Of a stretch of 64,000 bases of DNA, positions 1 to 9,390 are shown one piece after another (within the stretch, counting starts at the first letter, position 1; the number at the start of each line of letters is the position of its first letter). Both the position numbers and the translations under genes were made by a program. Source of the stretch: a virus; the IMG/VR virus record IMGVR_UViG_3300032164_000001. One strand, 5' to 3'. The notes beneath the pieces were generated by a model, which was not told where the DNA came from, made no database searches, and was given only the letters and a program-made list of their open reading frames with translations.

Positions 1-3000
1 CCCACGCAGGCGCTTCTTGTCCGGATTAGATTCGTCCCAGAGGATCTCAGTGACCTCGATGCGAATCGTGTCTCCAGTCTTTACATTCAACTTTGAATTG
101 AAACTGCGGCCCATCTTCACATACGTCTTGCCGTTCAACTCCACGGGTTCGACCCACGTCTTTGCATCCTCCTGACTGACAGGGCCCACGGCGTAGAAAA
201 AGTTGAAGACTCCAGGCGAATCCTTCACCGGATGCGCATCCCAGACTATCCCCCTGATTTCTCGGATCATCTTCAACTTCGCCATGGAATCTGTCTCACG
301 CAGCGTGACAGTACCCTCGGCGTACTTGAGCATTGCCCCCTCGGAACCTGGAATCTCCCGAGCCCACTTCAAAGCTGGTTCCATCTCCTCCTCGGAATGA
401 ACCAACCTCGACTCGGTGAGCAGCAGTCGCTCGAGCTCCCTCTTTGACATGAACTCATGCAGCAGCTCGAGCCGTGTGCGCAGTGGTAGCACCACCACGT
501 TGCCCCTTGTCGGATGGTATAAGATGTCAAAAAGTTGCACGCGGACATTGACGTCATTTGCTGCTGAAGCACCACGAAACGTGGCAAGCTCACGTCGAGG
601 CACAGGGGCACCGGAATCGTCGACGGCCATAAACTCGCCATCCAGGATGTACGGACCAGGAATGGTCTCGAGCTCTTTCTTCAAACCGGGAAGGTGATCG
701 AGAAAGTTGGAGATTGGCGTCTTTCGATCCCAGATGTCCTCGGAGATAGCCAACAGACGTCCTTCGCCATCTCGTTGAATCGACACACGAAATCCATTCC
801 ATTTCGGCTGCACGTAGATGCCAGTCTTCAGCATCTCATCGGTGGCAAAGTCCGCATAGAGCCGGTCCATGTCGTTCGACCTGAACTCGTTGCTAGGCCT
901 CGGTGCGGCCTTCATCGGCTTGTAAATGGCCAACGGCCTGAGGCGTTCTCTATCGTGTGTCTTGTCGTCACCGGGTTTGATGTCAGCCGGATCCCACACC
1001 TGTACATTGGTCAGCTTCTCTCCACCAGCCAGAGTGATCGTTGCAATCTTCTCCTCTTTATTGACAGAGCTCGCTTCCTCACTGAGCGCATGCACATGGC
1101 CTGTCGGCTTGTCATGAGGATGACCCTTGGCCGGCTGTACCTTGCCATTCACGACTGCATGCGTATGTGGCACGGCTTTGGCCGCAGCGCCGTCGCTGAT
1201 GACCGTCTCCGTTGTGTGACCATTTCCCTCACCGTCGACAATGGCCTGGTGGCTGTGCTTGTGACTTCGTCCTGCTTCACCCGTTGTACAACGCGCTGTG
1301 GACCGCTTGATTGGCTCTCCCACACCCTCACTGTGCTCCCAGATCCAGACTGTTCCCTCTCCTTCTTCGGCTCGCAGAATGATCAACCCACTGAATTCGC
1401 CTGGAAGGTTCTTGCCTTGCAGCTTGAACTTCTTGAAGGCGCGGCTGTCTTCCAGAAACTCGATGGTTCCTGTATGAAGAACACTGATCGACGACTCGGT
1501 GTCCTTCGTCGGGTTCAGATTCAATCCACCGTAGCTGGTGCCGGGCTTCACTTCGCCTTCGAGCTTCATCAGCTCTGCAGCTGCGCTCCCACTGGCCGTC
1601 TGATGCAAGGCCGTCACGCGTTGGTTCGAAGAGGGATCTTCTAGGAGCTGGAAGTCCTCGACGGACGCTCCTCGTCGAATGAAGAGATGGTAGATCTGTC
1701 TGGTCGGCGCCGCCCGGATAACCATCGCTCCCTTCCATCGTTGCCAAGAAAGAGTGAAAGGCGCACTGCCCAATGACATGCTGCTCACTGCTGTTTTCTC
1801 TTGACTCACGGGCTCAATTCGATCTAAAATACGGGAGGTTTGGGTGGGGTGAGGTTTATGTATGGGGGGTGTGGGGGGATTCCTCAGCGATATTGCAAAC
1901 TTGTCATACGCCCTTTCCACCGCCAGTAGGCTGTTCTCAGTTTCTTCTGATTTGCAGTAATCCCGGAAACTCCTTTCTTGCTCTAAGTCCAGCTTGTGAT
2001 GAGTTGCAATAGCATCGAGCGCGGTCTCGGGTTGTGGCCTGTACAGGTAGTACTTCGTGACGACGCGCTTGAACTGAGAGTCGACGAGCTTGATGTTCTC
2101 CTCGGTGAAGAAGTGCACATCGACGAGGGCATCGCGGATCTGCAGGCGCTCCTTCTCTTCTGTTGCCCGCCAGTACTGAAACTCCTTCGGCACGACGGAC
2201 TTGAGACCTGGTGGCAGGTAGGCCCAGCCCTTGGGTGGAATACGCTTCACGTTGACGGCTCGACGCTTCAAGACCGATGGCAGAAGTGACTTGGCGAACA
2301 TGGCCGTCCAGAACGGCACGCCTTCGGGCTGCTTGCGACCGGCCTCCACGTCTGGGTCCGTGGGCTTTCCCCCTTCGGAGACGAGCAATCTGAAAGTGAG
2401 CAAGCCGGAGAACTTGGGGTCCTTCTCGCAGAAGTACTCGTGGAAGTACGGCGTGCGCTCACCCCAGGACACTTGAGGCCTGGCCGTGATAACCATGAAC
2501 CCCTTTTCATTCCTCGTCGCACCCACGCTCCCTGGTTCAAAACCCTCTTCCACATCGAGCCACTGCTTGGGCTCCGGCGCCTTCGTTGCGGCATAGACCC
2601 GGTGTGGAGCTCGCAGGGGCTTGTTCCAGTCGGAGCCATCGATGGCGAAGGAGGAGACGATCTTCTTGGCCTCAGCGAGTGTCTCCGGCTTTGCGATCTT
2701 GCCCTTGATGGCATCCGCGGCCGTGTAGCCAATGAGGTAGCCATTCGCAGCGATCCTGATGTCCATGTGAACCGAGGCACCCCTGACGTGATGCTGCACG
2801 ACCGCCGGAAACGGTTTCTCCGTCGGTGGCAACTTCAAGAAGGGGTCCTGCTTGGCAATGAGCTCTTCGAGTTCTTCGACCAGTATCTCGGCATCACGCA
2901 TCTCGACGATCGTGTTGTAGTCCTCCCGCCTGCGCACGACCAAGTCATAGATGGGCAAATGGGCAGTGAAAGGCCCCACTCCGGCGAAGTCATCTTTCTC

Positions 3001-4944
3001 CAGCGCACCGCCATGGAATGACATGCGCTGGCCGATCTCCGCCGGCATCATGCGTCCGAGACGGAACTTCAGGATGTGAGCGGTTGCCTCGTCGAGCGGC
3101 CCACGAAGCAGCACATCGATGTCGTTCTTCGTCACGCCGTTGTTGGCAATGGAGCCCACGACCGAAACGACCGGACTGCGTAGCAAGAACTCTTCATGGA
3201 AGTGCGGCAGAAGCTCCTCCAGCTTCAACTCTGGCAGCTCCCCTGCGCTCCCCGGATGAATCGGGGCGTAGCGCTGACTCGGCCCGGCCTTGTAGAGCCC
3301 GGCCAGCTCCGGCGCATTCTCGATGTCAATCCCTCTCCGCTTGCATTCATCGAGGATGAACTTGAGCGCGTTCTCCACATCTTCCTTGGGCATGCTGTCC
3401 ACACTCGTGCGCCCCTCGGTGTATTCGGTCTCGAGCACCGTCTTGGCCGTGGCGTAGAGCTGCAATAGTTCCTCACTTGACAGCTGACGCAAGATGTCCG
3501 GAGTGAGCCCTCGAAAAGAGAGAAACGGCTTCTCTTCCTGCTTGCTTTGGGCGGGTTCTCGTGGTTGGCCTGCTGTCGACCCGTCTGTCGGTTCTTGTGG
3601 TTGACGTACTGTTGACTTGCTCAGAGCCTGTGGGAGCTCGATGACCGGGCCGTATCGACGGGCGGAGACGATGCGCTTCAGCTTCAGCGGCGGGTTGAAG
3701 GCCGCCACAAGCTTCATGGACATGTAGTAGATCGGAGTCTCGGTGGAGAACTCCTCACGAGAGAACTTGTCGATGCCATCTCGCATGTCATCCGGCATCT
3801 TCGAGAGATCGGCATACTCGACAGGTGCATCCAGAGTGATGACACCCCACACGTACTGGGCATCGGCCTTGGTCGGAGCCACCTCGTTGAGCAAGAACTG
3901 CCGCTGACCAGTTCGTCCTGTGCGTTGAAGTCTAGACAGCACGCCTGTAGACTGTTCCTTACGCAACCTTGCAATGTTGAAGGCTGCATCTGGCGTCTTC
4001 AGAGTGGAAAGCTTTCCCTTTGGCTGCTCGGCCTTCTCTACAAATTGAATCTCGTCCGAATGGATGAGACCACCGTCCGCGTCGTAGAGCGCATCGACGT
4101 GATGAAGGATGGCCTTGTGGAGAGTAGCCCCCTCCTGTACGAACTTGTCCTCGAGGGCCAAGAAGCCCTCGAGGCATGCAATGGCGTCCTCTGATAGCAC
4201 CAAGATGCGCGTCTCGGCTGGCAAAAACTCTCGGGCCATTCTGAGCTGCGTGATGAGCTTCTCTGCCAGGATGAAGATGTTCTCAAGCGAAGCAGCAACC
4301 GGCTTCTCGGTGAATGGCACCTCGGAGTAATCCTCGACGAGAGTCGAACCGACAACAACCACCGTGCGAAGCAGTGCGGTGTTGAGCTGCTCGGGCTCCA
4401 TGAGATGAATGGCTTGCTCGACGAAGGACGGGGCCACCTTGGCGAACGTGAGCGCCAGTGACAGCACATTGCCCAGGACCTGCAACTGCTGTTCCGTCGT
4501 AATCTCACTCCAATCAGCCTGTTTGCGCTCCGTGGCAACTGCTTGCTCCGCAACCGGATGCTTCCAGGGTTTGAGCTCGTCGAAGGCCTCGAGTTTCACC
4601 ACCGTATAGGCATACAGCCTGCGGCTGCGTGGCCACCAGCTCTTGCGCTCCTCCTCGGAGATCTTGTGCTGGTCGCTGAGCCTGCGAAACTGTGCAATGG
4701 AGATCGGCTTCGCCGCACCCAATTCCATCACGCCGTAGATGAACTGCTTGTCGCCAAAGTGCAGACGCTCCCCTGCAACATCGAGTTGCCTCGAGTGCAC
4801 GATGAGCCTCTTCTCACCACGTCGTACCGCTTCCGCATGGGGCTCGACCATGCGACGGAGTGGATCTGACTTCGCCGAACGCAGGAGCGTTGTGAGGTTC
4901 TGCAAGTTGTCGACAAGCTGCTCGAGCTCTTTCTTCGAATTCAT
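1..4944 (-). CDS. Giant multidomain ('polyvalent') head-region protein: ASCH-like x2, Pol-beta-type nucleotidyltransferase, LigD 3'-phosphoesterase domain plus a degenerate second copy, His-rich segment, ATP-dependent DNA ligase domain; 3' end runs off the window
   Basis: Translated by hand from ATG 4944 (GGAGG SD upstream). The frame reads open to position 1 and the ORF track lists no minus ORF in it. Motifs: PHAEAVRRGEK..IYGVMELG..LYAY (ASCH-like); VVGSIA..DIDVLL (NTase); VVQHHVRGASVHMDIRI (PE); ligase motifs QPKWNGFR, LDGEF, FDILY, EGAMLK, AKLK. Confidence 0.85.
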   Translation of the reverse strand, partial: MNSKKELEQLVDNLQNLTTLLRSAKSDPLRRMVEPHAEAVRRGEKRLIVHSRQLDVAGERLHFGDKQFIYGVMELGAAKPISIAQFRRLSDQHKISEEERKSWWPRSRRLYAYTVVKLEAFDELKPWKHPVAEQAVATERKQADWSEITTEQQLQVLGNVLSLALTFAKVAPSFVEQAIHLMEPEQLNTALLRTVVVVGSTLVEDYSEVPFTEKPVAASLENIFILAEKLITQLRMAREFLPAETRILVLSEDAIACLEGFLALEDKFVQEGATLHKAILHHVDALYDADGGLIHSDEIQFVEKAEQPKGKLSTLKTPDAAFNIARLRKEQSTGVLSRLQRTGRTGQRQFLLNEVAPTKADAQYVWGVITLDAPVEYADLSKMPDDMRDGIDKFSREEFSTETPIYYMSMKLVAAFNPPLKLKRIVSARRYGPVIELPQALSKSTVRQPQEPTDGSTAGQPREPAQSKQEEKPFLSFRGLTPDILRQLSSEELLQLYATAKTVLETEYTEGRTSVDSMPKEDVENALKFILDECKRRGIDIENAPELAGLYKAGPSQRYAPIHPGSAGELPELKLEELLPHFHEEFLLRSPVVSVVGSIANNGVTKNDIDVLLRGPLDEATAHILKFRLGRMMPAEIGQRMSFHGGALEKDDFAGVGPFTAHLPIYDLVVRRREDYNTIVEMRDAEILVEELEELIAKQDPFLKLPPTEKPFPAVVQHHVRGASVHMDIRIAANGYLIGYTAADAIKGKIAKPETLAEAKKIVSSFAIDGSDWNKPLRAPHRVYAATKAPEPKQWLDVEEGFEPGSVGATRNEKGFMVITARPQVSWGERTPYFHEYFCEKDPKFSGLLTFRLLVSEGGKPTDPDVEAGRKQPEGVPFWTAMFAKSLLPSVLKRRAVNVKRIPPKGWAYLPPGLKSVVPKEFQYWRATEEKERLQIRDALVDVHFFTEENIKLVDSQFKRVVTKYYLYRPQPETALDAIATHHKLDLEQERSFRDYCKSEETENSLLAVERAYDKFAISLRNPPTPPIHKPHPTQTSRILDRIEPVSQEKTAVSSMSLGSAPFTLSWQRWKGAMVIRAAPTRQIYHLFIRRGASVEDFQLLEDPSSNQRVTALHQTASGSAAAELMKLEGEVKPGTSYGGLNLNPTKDTESSISVLHTGTIEFLEDSRAFKKFKLQGKNLPGEFSGLIILRAEEGEGTVWIWEHSEGVGEPIKRSTARCTTGEAGRSHKHSHQAIVDGEGNGHTTETVISDGAAAKAVPHTHAVVNGKVQPAKGHPHDKPTGHVHALSEEASSVNKEEKIATITLAGGEKLTNVQVWDPADIKPGDDKTHDRERLRPLAIYKPMKAAPRPSNEFRSNDMDRLYADFATDEMLKTGIYVQPKWNGFRVSIQRDGEGRLLAISEDIWDRKTPISNFLDHLPGLKKELETIPGPYILDGEFMAVDDSGAPVPRRELATFRGASAANDVNVRVQLFDILYHPTRGNVVVLPLRTRLELLHEFMSKRELERLLLTESRLVHSEEEMEPALKWAREIPGSEGAMLKYAEGTVTLRETDSMAKLKMIREIRGIVWDAHPVKDSPGVFNFFYAVGPVSQEDAKTWVEPVELNGKTYVKMGRSFNSKLNVKTGDTIRIEVTEILWDESNPDKKRLRG
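1801..1878 (+). promoter_or_regulatory. Repeat A copy 1: sigma70-like promoter + G-tract leader (antisense inside CDS)
   Basis: TTGACT-18-TAAAAT-ACGGGAGGTTTGGGTGGGGTGAGGTTTATGTATGGGGGG. Confidence 0.8.
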
Positions 4945-5087
4945 CGTTCGATCCTCCATGGATGATCGCGGTCTGAGATGCTTTGGAGACGATGGACTCC
5001 CCGTCGATTGACGCCTGAGGATGCTTTCCAGATTGCGGGCTCCCCATTTGTCGGTGTTGGGGATCGGGGCTCGACCCGAACTGTGCA

Positions 5088-5552
5088 TCAGGTTGGAGTC
5101 CAGATCCGAGATCCCGGGGCCAGTGGCTCGTAGACCTGTCCGTCAAGCTCGCAGCGCAGGGCCTTGCCCATCAGGTCGAGCGTCTGTGTGACCGAGTAGT
5201 CCATGTCACCTCGAGCACGACGGAACCACTTCTCGCAGATGGCAAAACGGCGACGTACCTCGTCGTGCGTCGGACGCACCGTGGAGAACGGTTTCCGTCG
5301 CTGGTCCTCCCCGAATGAGCGCCAGATGCTGTTCTCGATGGCCTCGAAGACCAGGCGCAGGTCTGCGTCGCTCCGCATGAGAGAGGCGAAAGGTTTCGAG
5401 TCGCCCTGGATCTGAGGTACACCCTGCTCCATGAGCTTCATCGTGGCTTGATACTTTTCCTCGAAATCTTGCTCCTCCTGAAGGATTCGCTCCCTCTCCT
5501 CATCGGTCTGGGGCTCCGGTTCGTTCATCGTGTCTTCCTTTACCTCAGGCAT
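5088..5552 (-). CDS. Hypothetical protein between portal and multidomain gene
   Basis: 154-aa ORF packed co-directionally after the portal. Confidence 0.7.
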   Translation of the reverse strand: MPEVKEDTMNEPEPQTDEERERILQEEQDFEEKYQATMKLMEQGVPQIQGDSKPFASLMRSDADLRLVFEAIENSIWRSFGEDQRRKPFSTVRPTHDEVRRRFAICEKWFRRARGDMDYSVTQTLDLMGKALRCELDGQVYEPLAPGSRIWTPT

Positions 5553-5557
5553 TGCGT

Positions 5558-7342
5558 CTACTCCTCGTCTGCAAAGCCGCCACCGCCCAGTGGCTGCAGG
5601 GGCATACCAGCCCTGTGCATGGCGGACAGCGGGATGACTCTGTCAGAACTCACTGCAACGTCCTGCGCCGTTTCCTCTTCTGCTGGCCGTGTGACAAGCG
5701 GAATGGGCGAGGAGCCAATGCCCAGGTCGTCAGCGGTCGACCCGGTGTGTAACTGCGCAAGAACGAAGGGCAGAGGCTTATTTGTCCAGTCCTCGGAAAT
5801 CTCTTCGAAGGCTCGGTTGAAGATGTCGGCGGCGAGCTCGCGGGCCTCAACCGGAAGCAGGATTCCTGCCTTGACCATGTTGGTCACCATGTCAGACATG
5901 GCTTCCGGGTCCCGGACGATTGGAGAGTTGGACCTGAAGATCCAGAACGTGATGCCTAGATCCGGAAAGATTCTCCGGTTGACGACAGAGTCAAGCACTT
6001 CTCGCTCTGGTTCGAACACCTGCTCTTCGGCAAGCTTCATCGAGGCGTAGGCCACCGAGCGATTCAACTGCTTGTCATCCCCTCGAAGAATTCTGGGCAG
6101 GCGGAAGGACCGAGCCACCTTTTCCTCATTCCTGACATCATAGTTCTGGAAGAGGGCATCCGACTGCTGTGCATCGCGGAGTGGGACGAACATCACCCTG
6201 GGAACTTGTCGTGGGCCAGAGTCTCCGACGGAGCGCTGGCTCTCGGCCTCGAGCACCAGGATGCGATGCGTGCTTCGCTTGCCCTTGAGATGCTCGTCGA
6301 TGAACTCCTCGATTCGTGTCGTGACGCCCTTGCCCAACCGTCCGCCTGACACGAGAAGAGCGAGTGGAGGAACGACGTTGTTCTTGAAGTAGTTGTAGTT
6401 CACCTCTTCGAGCTCTCTGTTACCAAGGACTCCAGGAAGGTTGGCGATCCAGCGCGAGACACCGTAGTCCGAGGCCGGGGTGAAGATGGTGAAGTGCAGC
6501 ATCTCCGACGCTGGTAGAGCCGTCGGCTCCTCAATCCGCAAGCCCTCCGGAGAGTCATACACTTTCCCCGTGCTGCGAGAGATGATTCGGGGATCGCCCA
6601 GCTCCTTGAAGTAGACACGTCGGCCATGCCGTCCAATCTTGAAATAGCGACGGAAGTAGATCGGCACTTCGTAAGTGCGCCATGTGATGTCCGTGACACG
6701 CACCTTCTCCTTCACCAGGGTTGGCTCTTCGTCTTCCTCACAGAGGCGCACGTGCAACGGGTTCACATAGTAGATGTTGACGATCTCACTGAGGCTGTTA
6801 CGCACAACTTCCCAGAACGCGTTGCCGATGACTTCCAGGTCTTGTCTCGTCCGACGACGCAGTTCGATGAAGGAGAAGAGCGGACAGACAAAGGAAAAGA
6901 AGGCCTTGAGCCTGGAGTACTCGAGTCTCGCTGTCCGACGGAGAAGCTCGATGCGGGCATCGACCTCGACCTCCGTCGGTTCGACAACGGCCTCCAGCAC
7001 CTCGCCCTTTTCGTGCGCATCCAGCGTGCGCTCGTAGAGAATGGCATCTGCGATGCGACCACGGGCGGATTTGGACGCCAGATCAATGGTTGGCAGAAGA
7101 TGGTGGCCAAAAGACTCGATGTTGGTCACATAGGCATCAACGTTGGGCCGCAGAATCGATGACTGCTCGAACAGCTTGTAAAGTCTCTCGAAATCGTAAG
7201 GGGGTGTCAGAACACCGGCCTCTTCGTCCTTCTTCACCAGGAAATCTATAAGTTCTGTGCCCTTCCGCTCTGCCTTGCCGAGCACGGTGGCCTTAATCGC
7301 TGAAACCTTTCTGGTTTTCGCTACGCTTTTATTAGTTGCCAC
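5558..7342 (-). CDS. Phage portal protein, PBSX/XkdE-like
   Basis: DLEVIGNAFWEVVRN, EMLHF, YGVSRW, YFKNNVVP, VARSFRLP pattern; GTG 7342 preceded by AGGAG chosen as start (ORF extends to 7435). Confidence 0.85.
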   Translation of the reverse strand: MATNKSVAKTRKVSAIKATVLGKAERKGTELIDFLVKKDEEAGVLTPPYDFERLYKLFEQSSILRPNVDAYVTNIESFGHHLLPTIDLASKSARGRIADAILYERTLDAHEKGEVLEAVVEPTEVEVDARIELLRRTARLEYSRLKAFFSFVCPLFSFIELRRRTRQDLEVIGNAFWEVVRNSLSEIVNIYYVNPLHVRLCEEDEEPTLVKEKVRVTDITWRTYEVPIYFRRYFKIGRHGRRVYFKELGDPRIISRSTGKVYDSPEGLRIEEPTALPASEMLHFTIFTPASDYGVSRWIANLPGVLGNRELEEVNYNYFKNNVVPPLALLVSGGRLGKGVTTRIEEFIDEHLKGKRSTHRILVLEAESQRSVGDSGPRQVPRVMFVPLRDAQQSDALFQNYDVRNEEKVARSFRLPRILRGDDKQLNRSVAYASMKLAEEQVFEPEREVLDSVVNRRIFPDLGITFWIFRSNSPIVRDPEAMSDMVTNMVKAGILLPVEARELAADIFNRAFEEISEDWTNKPLPFVLAQLHTGSTADDLGIGSSPIPLVTRPAEEETAQDVAVSSDRVIPLSAMHRAGMPLQPLGGGGFADEE

Positions 7343-7400
7343 CTGATGTATCTCCTGCAAGTTGATGCTACTGTGCCACCCACGTGACACGATTTGCGCC

Positions 7401-7429
7401 ATGATAGACAGTCTTTGCTGGACAGTCAA
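7401..7429 (-). promoter_or_regulatory. sigma70-like promoter for portal operon
   Basis: TTGACT-17 nt-TATCAT on minus strand. Confidence 0.6.
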
Positions 7430-7506
7430 ACCCAAAATGTGGCAGCATGTGAAGCGTCAACCATTCCGCGCAAGCCAAATAGAAGTCAGCGGAGGCAATT
7501 CAAACC

Positions 7507-7959
7507 ATGACTGACGTCCTCGCCACCACAGAAAAGCCGGTTTCCATCTACCAAGAGATGAAAGCTACCAGCAACTTCGGAGGTCTCACTCCAAAGGATG
7601 GTGCCGTAGCCCTCACCCCAACCTTTCTAATCGACGTTTACACGTTCGCGGCTGGTACCGAAGGAGGGCTGTTTTCCCCTTCTGTTGCACTGTACAGTTT
7701 CGAAAAGCGCGATCCGTTGAGTCTGATCGGCGTGGAGCTCAAGCTGGCTGATCAAGCCTCCTGGCTGGTCGAGCTTGAAAGCGCCGCTGGGAAGTCTGTC
7801 ATCATCTACTCGGGCACGAATGAGACACAGTTTTCCCGTGGCAGGGATGGAAGCCTTTACACACTACTGTGGGGTGACAAACTCAAGGTCACAACGGTTG
7901 GGGCCACTTTGGCCATGTCCTGCACGATCAAGCTCGCGCCGTATTACTTGGCACACTGA
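7507..7959 (+). CDS. Putative virion structural protein
   Basis: 150 aa, GGAGG SD, beta-rich composition, first gene of plus-strand structural block. Confidence 0.55.
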   Translation: MTDVLATTEKPVSIYQEMKATSNFGGLTPKDGAVALTPTFLIDVYTFAAGTEGGLFSPSVALYSFEKRDPLSLIGVELKLADQASWLVELESAAGKSVIIYSGTNETQFSRGRDGSLYTLLWGDKLKVTTVGATLAMSCTIKLAPYYLAH

Positions 7960-8192
7960 AATTACTGATTGGCTGCAGGAGCTTGCAGTGCATATGCAAG
8001 AAATTCTTGGCAAAGCCGCAGCCGCGTTGTACGCTGCAAGACTAAGACAAGACAAACAGAAAAGTGGCAGGCCGAATGGTTCTTGCTGCATCCACCAGAG
8101 CGAATCACAGAGCAGAAGACAGGTCACTTGCAGCAAACAGTCAATCCTACCTGAACCCAGTTTCAAATACAATTCGGTACATCTGCAACAAC

Positions 8193-8220
8193 ACCCGAGC
8201 AGAGGCAGTGCATCTGCAGC
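8193..8220 (+). repeat. Degenerate copy of 28-bp dispersed repeat B
   Basis: ACCCGAGCAGAGGCAGTGCATCTGCAGC vs consensus GCCCGTGCAGAGGC-RKY-GTATHTGCAAC. Confidence 0.65.
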
Positions 8221-8238
8221 AATGCGTGGAGCCCACGC

Positions 8239-8655
8239 TTGATCTTACAGCCCACCACCACCGCTGGGCGAAGAGCTACCGAAGGTGTACTGACTTGTGC
8301 TTGCGAACCGGAGGATTCGGTCAACGATTGTGTGTACATTGCAGGTGCACCTGTGGGCGGAAAGCCTTACGTTCGCCGCTGCGACATCCAGAACTCCTCG
8401 AAGATTCCTGCTGTTGGAATCATTTACCAAAAGACTGGACCCAGCACCTGCCTGGTGAAGACACAGGGCCTTGTTCCGATTTCCTTCAGCTTGTCCCCAG
8501 GAGCTCGTTATTTCGTGGGTTCCGGAGGACAACCAACCAATGTGGTGCCAAGTCTCTCTGCACCATTCTGGTACATCCAGTATGTCGGCATGGCGACGTC
8601 GACCAGCCAACTTTTGTGCGAGCTCTCGTCACCCACAAAACGCGTAACAGATTGA
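8239..8655 (+). CDS. Putative capsid cement/decoration-like protein
   Basis: VNDCVYI..AVGII..CLVKTQG..LSPGARYFV..QYVGMA, similar to the C-terminal domain of 9391-11160. Confidence 0.5.
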   Translation: MILQPTTTAGRRATEGVLTCACEPEDSVNDCVYIAGAPVGGKPYVRRCDIQNSSKIPAVGIIYQKTGPSTCLVKTQGLVPISFSLSPGARYFVGSGGQPTNVVPSLSAPFWYIQYVGMATSTSQLLCELSSPTKRVTD

Positions 8656-8671
8656 TCAGCACGAGGTACAG

Positions 8672-9127
8672 ATGAAATCCATGAAAGCCGCAAGCAGAAG
8701 AAAGCAATGCACTCATCCTGGTTGCCGGAAGTTGCAGCAACCCGGCAAGGACACGTGTGAGGCTCATGGGCCAAATGGTGTCAAAAAGGCGCGCATGGCG
8801 GAGGACGACCGTCCAGTGCTCGATGCCATCATCCGAATGACAGAAATCGAACGACTCAACCTTGTGAAGGTTGAAACAGAGTGCGTGAATTTCATCCTCC
8901 AGATCAGAAATCACGACCTGGAGACAGAAGAGGTAAAGAGGAAGTTCACCGAGCAGTTGCACTCCAGGTCAACTCTCAGAACACAGCTCATGACTATGGC
9001 CGAAGCCAAAAAGAACGAACAACAGCTAACTGTCAAGGAGATCTCCGAAAAGTACAAGATGGATCCACAGCGGATGACTTACGACGGAGAAAGCGGTGTG
9101 ATCCGCGAGTTAGCAAAAGAGTCGTAG
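8672..9127 (+). CDS. Hypothetical protein with N-terminal Cys/His motif and coiled coil
   Basis: CTHPGC..TCEAH motif; GAGG SD. Confidence 0.65.
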   Translation: MKSMKAASRRKQCTHPGCRKLQQPGKDTCEAHGPNGVKKARMAEDDRPVLDAIIRMTEIERLNLVKVETECVNFILQIRNHDLETEEVKRKFTEQLHSRSTLRTQLMTMAEAKKNEQQLTVKEISEKYKMDPQRMTYDGESGVIRELAKES

Positions 9128-9390
9128 TCCTTTGGAGCACAATATGCTTCACGCATTTGGCAGCAGACCGAAGTCGCTCTACGGCGGAGCTACATGGTTG
9201 GCTGCTGGTACATATTGTAGAGGTATAGAGAAAGTAAAGACAGAAAAGAACAATGGAGGTGCCAGCCGAGTAGCAACAGCGATTGAAGAGAAGGCCAATG
9301 TAGTAGAAGTGAACTGTAGCCCCAACTGGCTGTCATTCAAAAAGGATTTCCAAAATGCCATGGGGTGACCCTATCGGAGGAGGTTTATCC

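Noticed and set aside
694-4869. Plus-strand ORFs such as 694-1644, 2440-3021 and 4543-4869
   Set aside because: Antisense shadows of the giant minus-strand ORF
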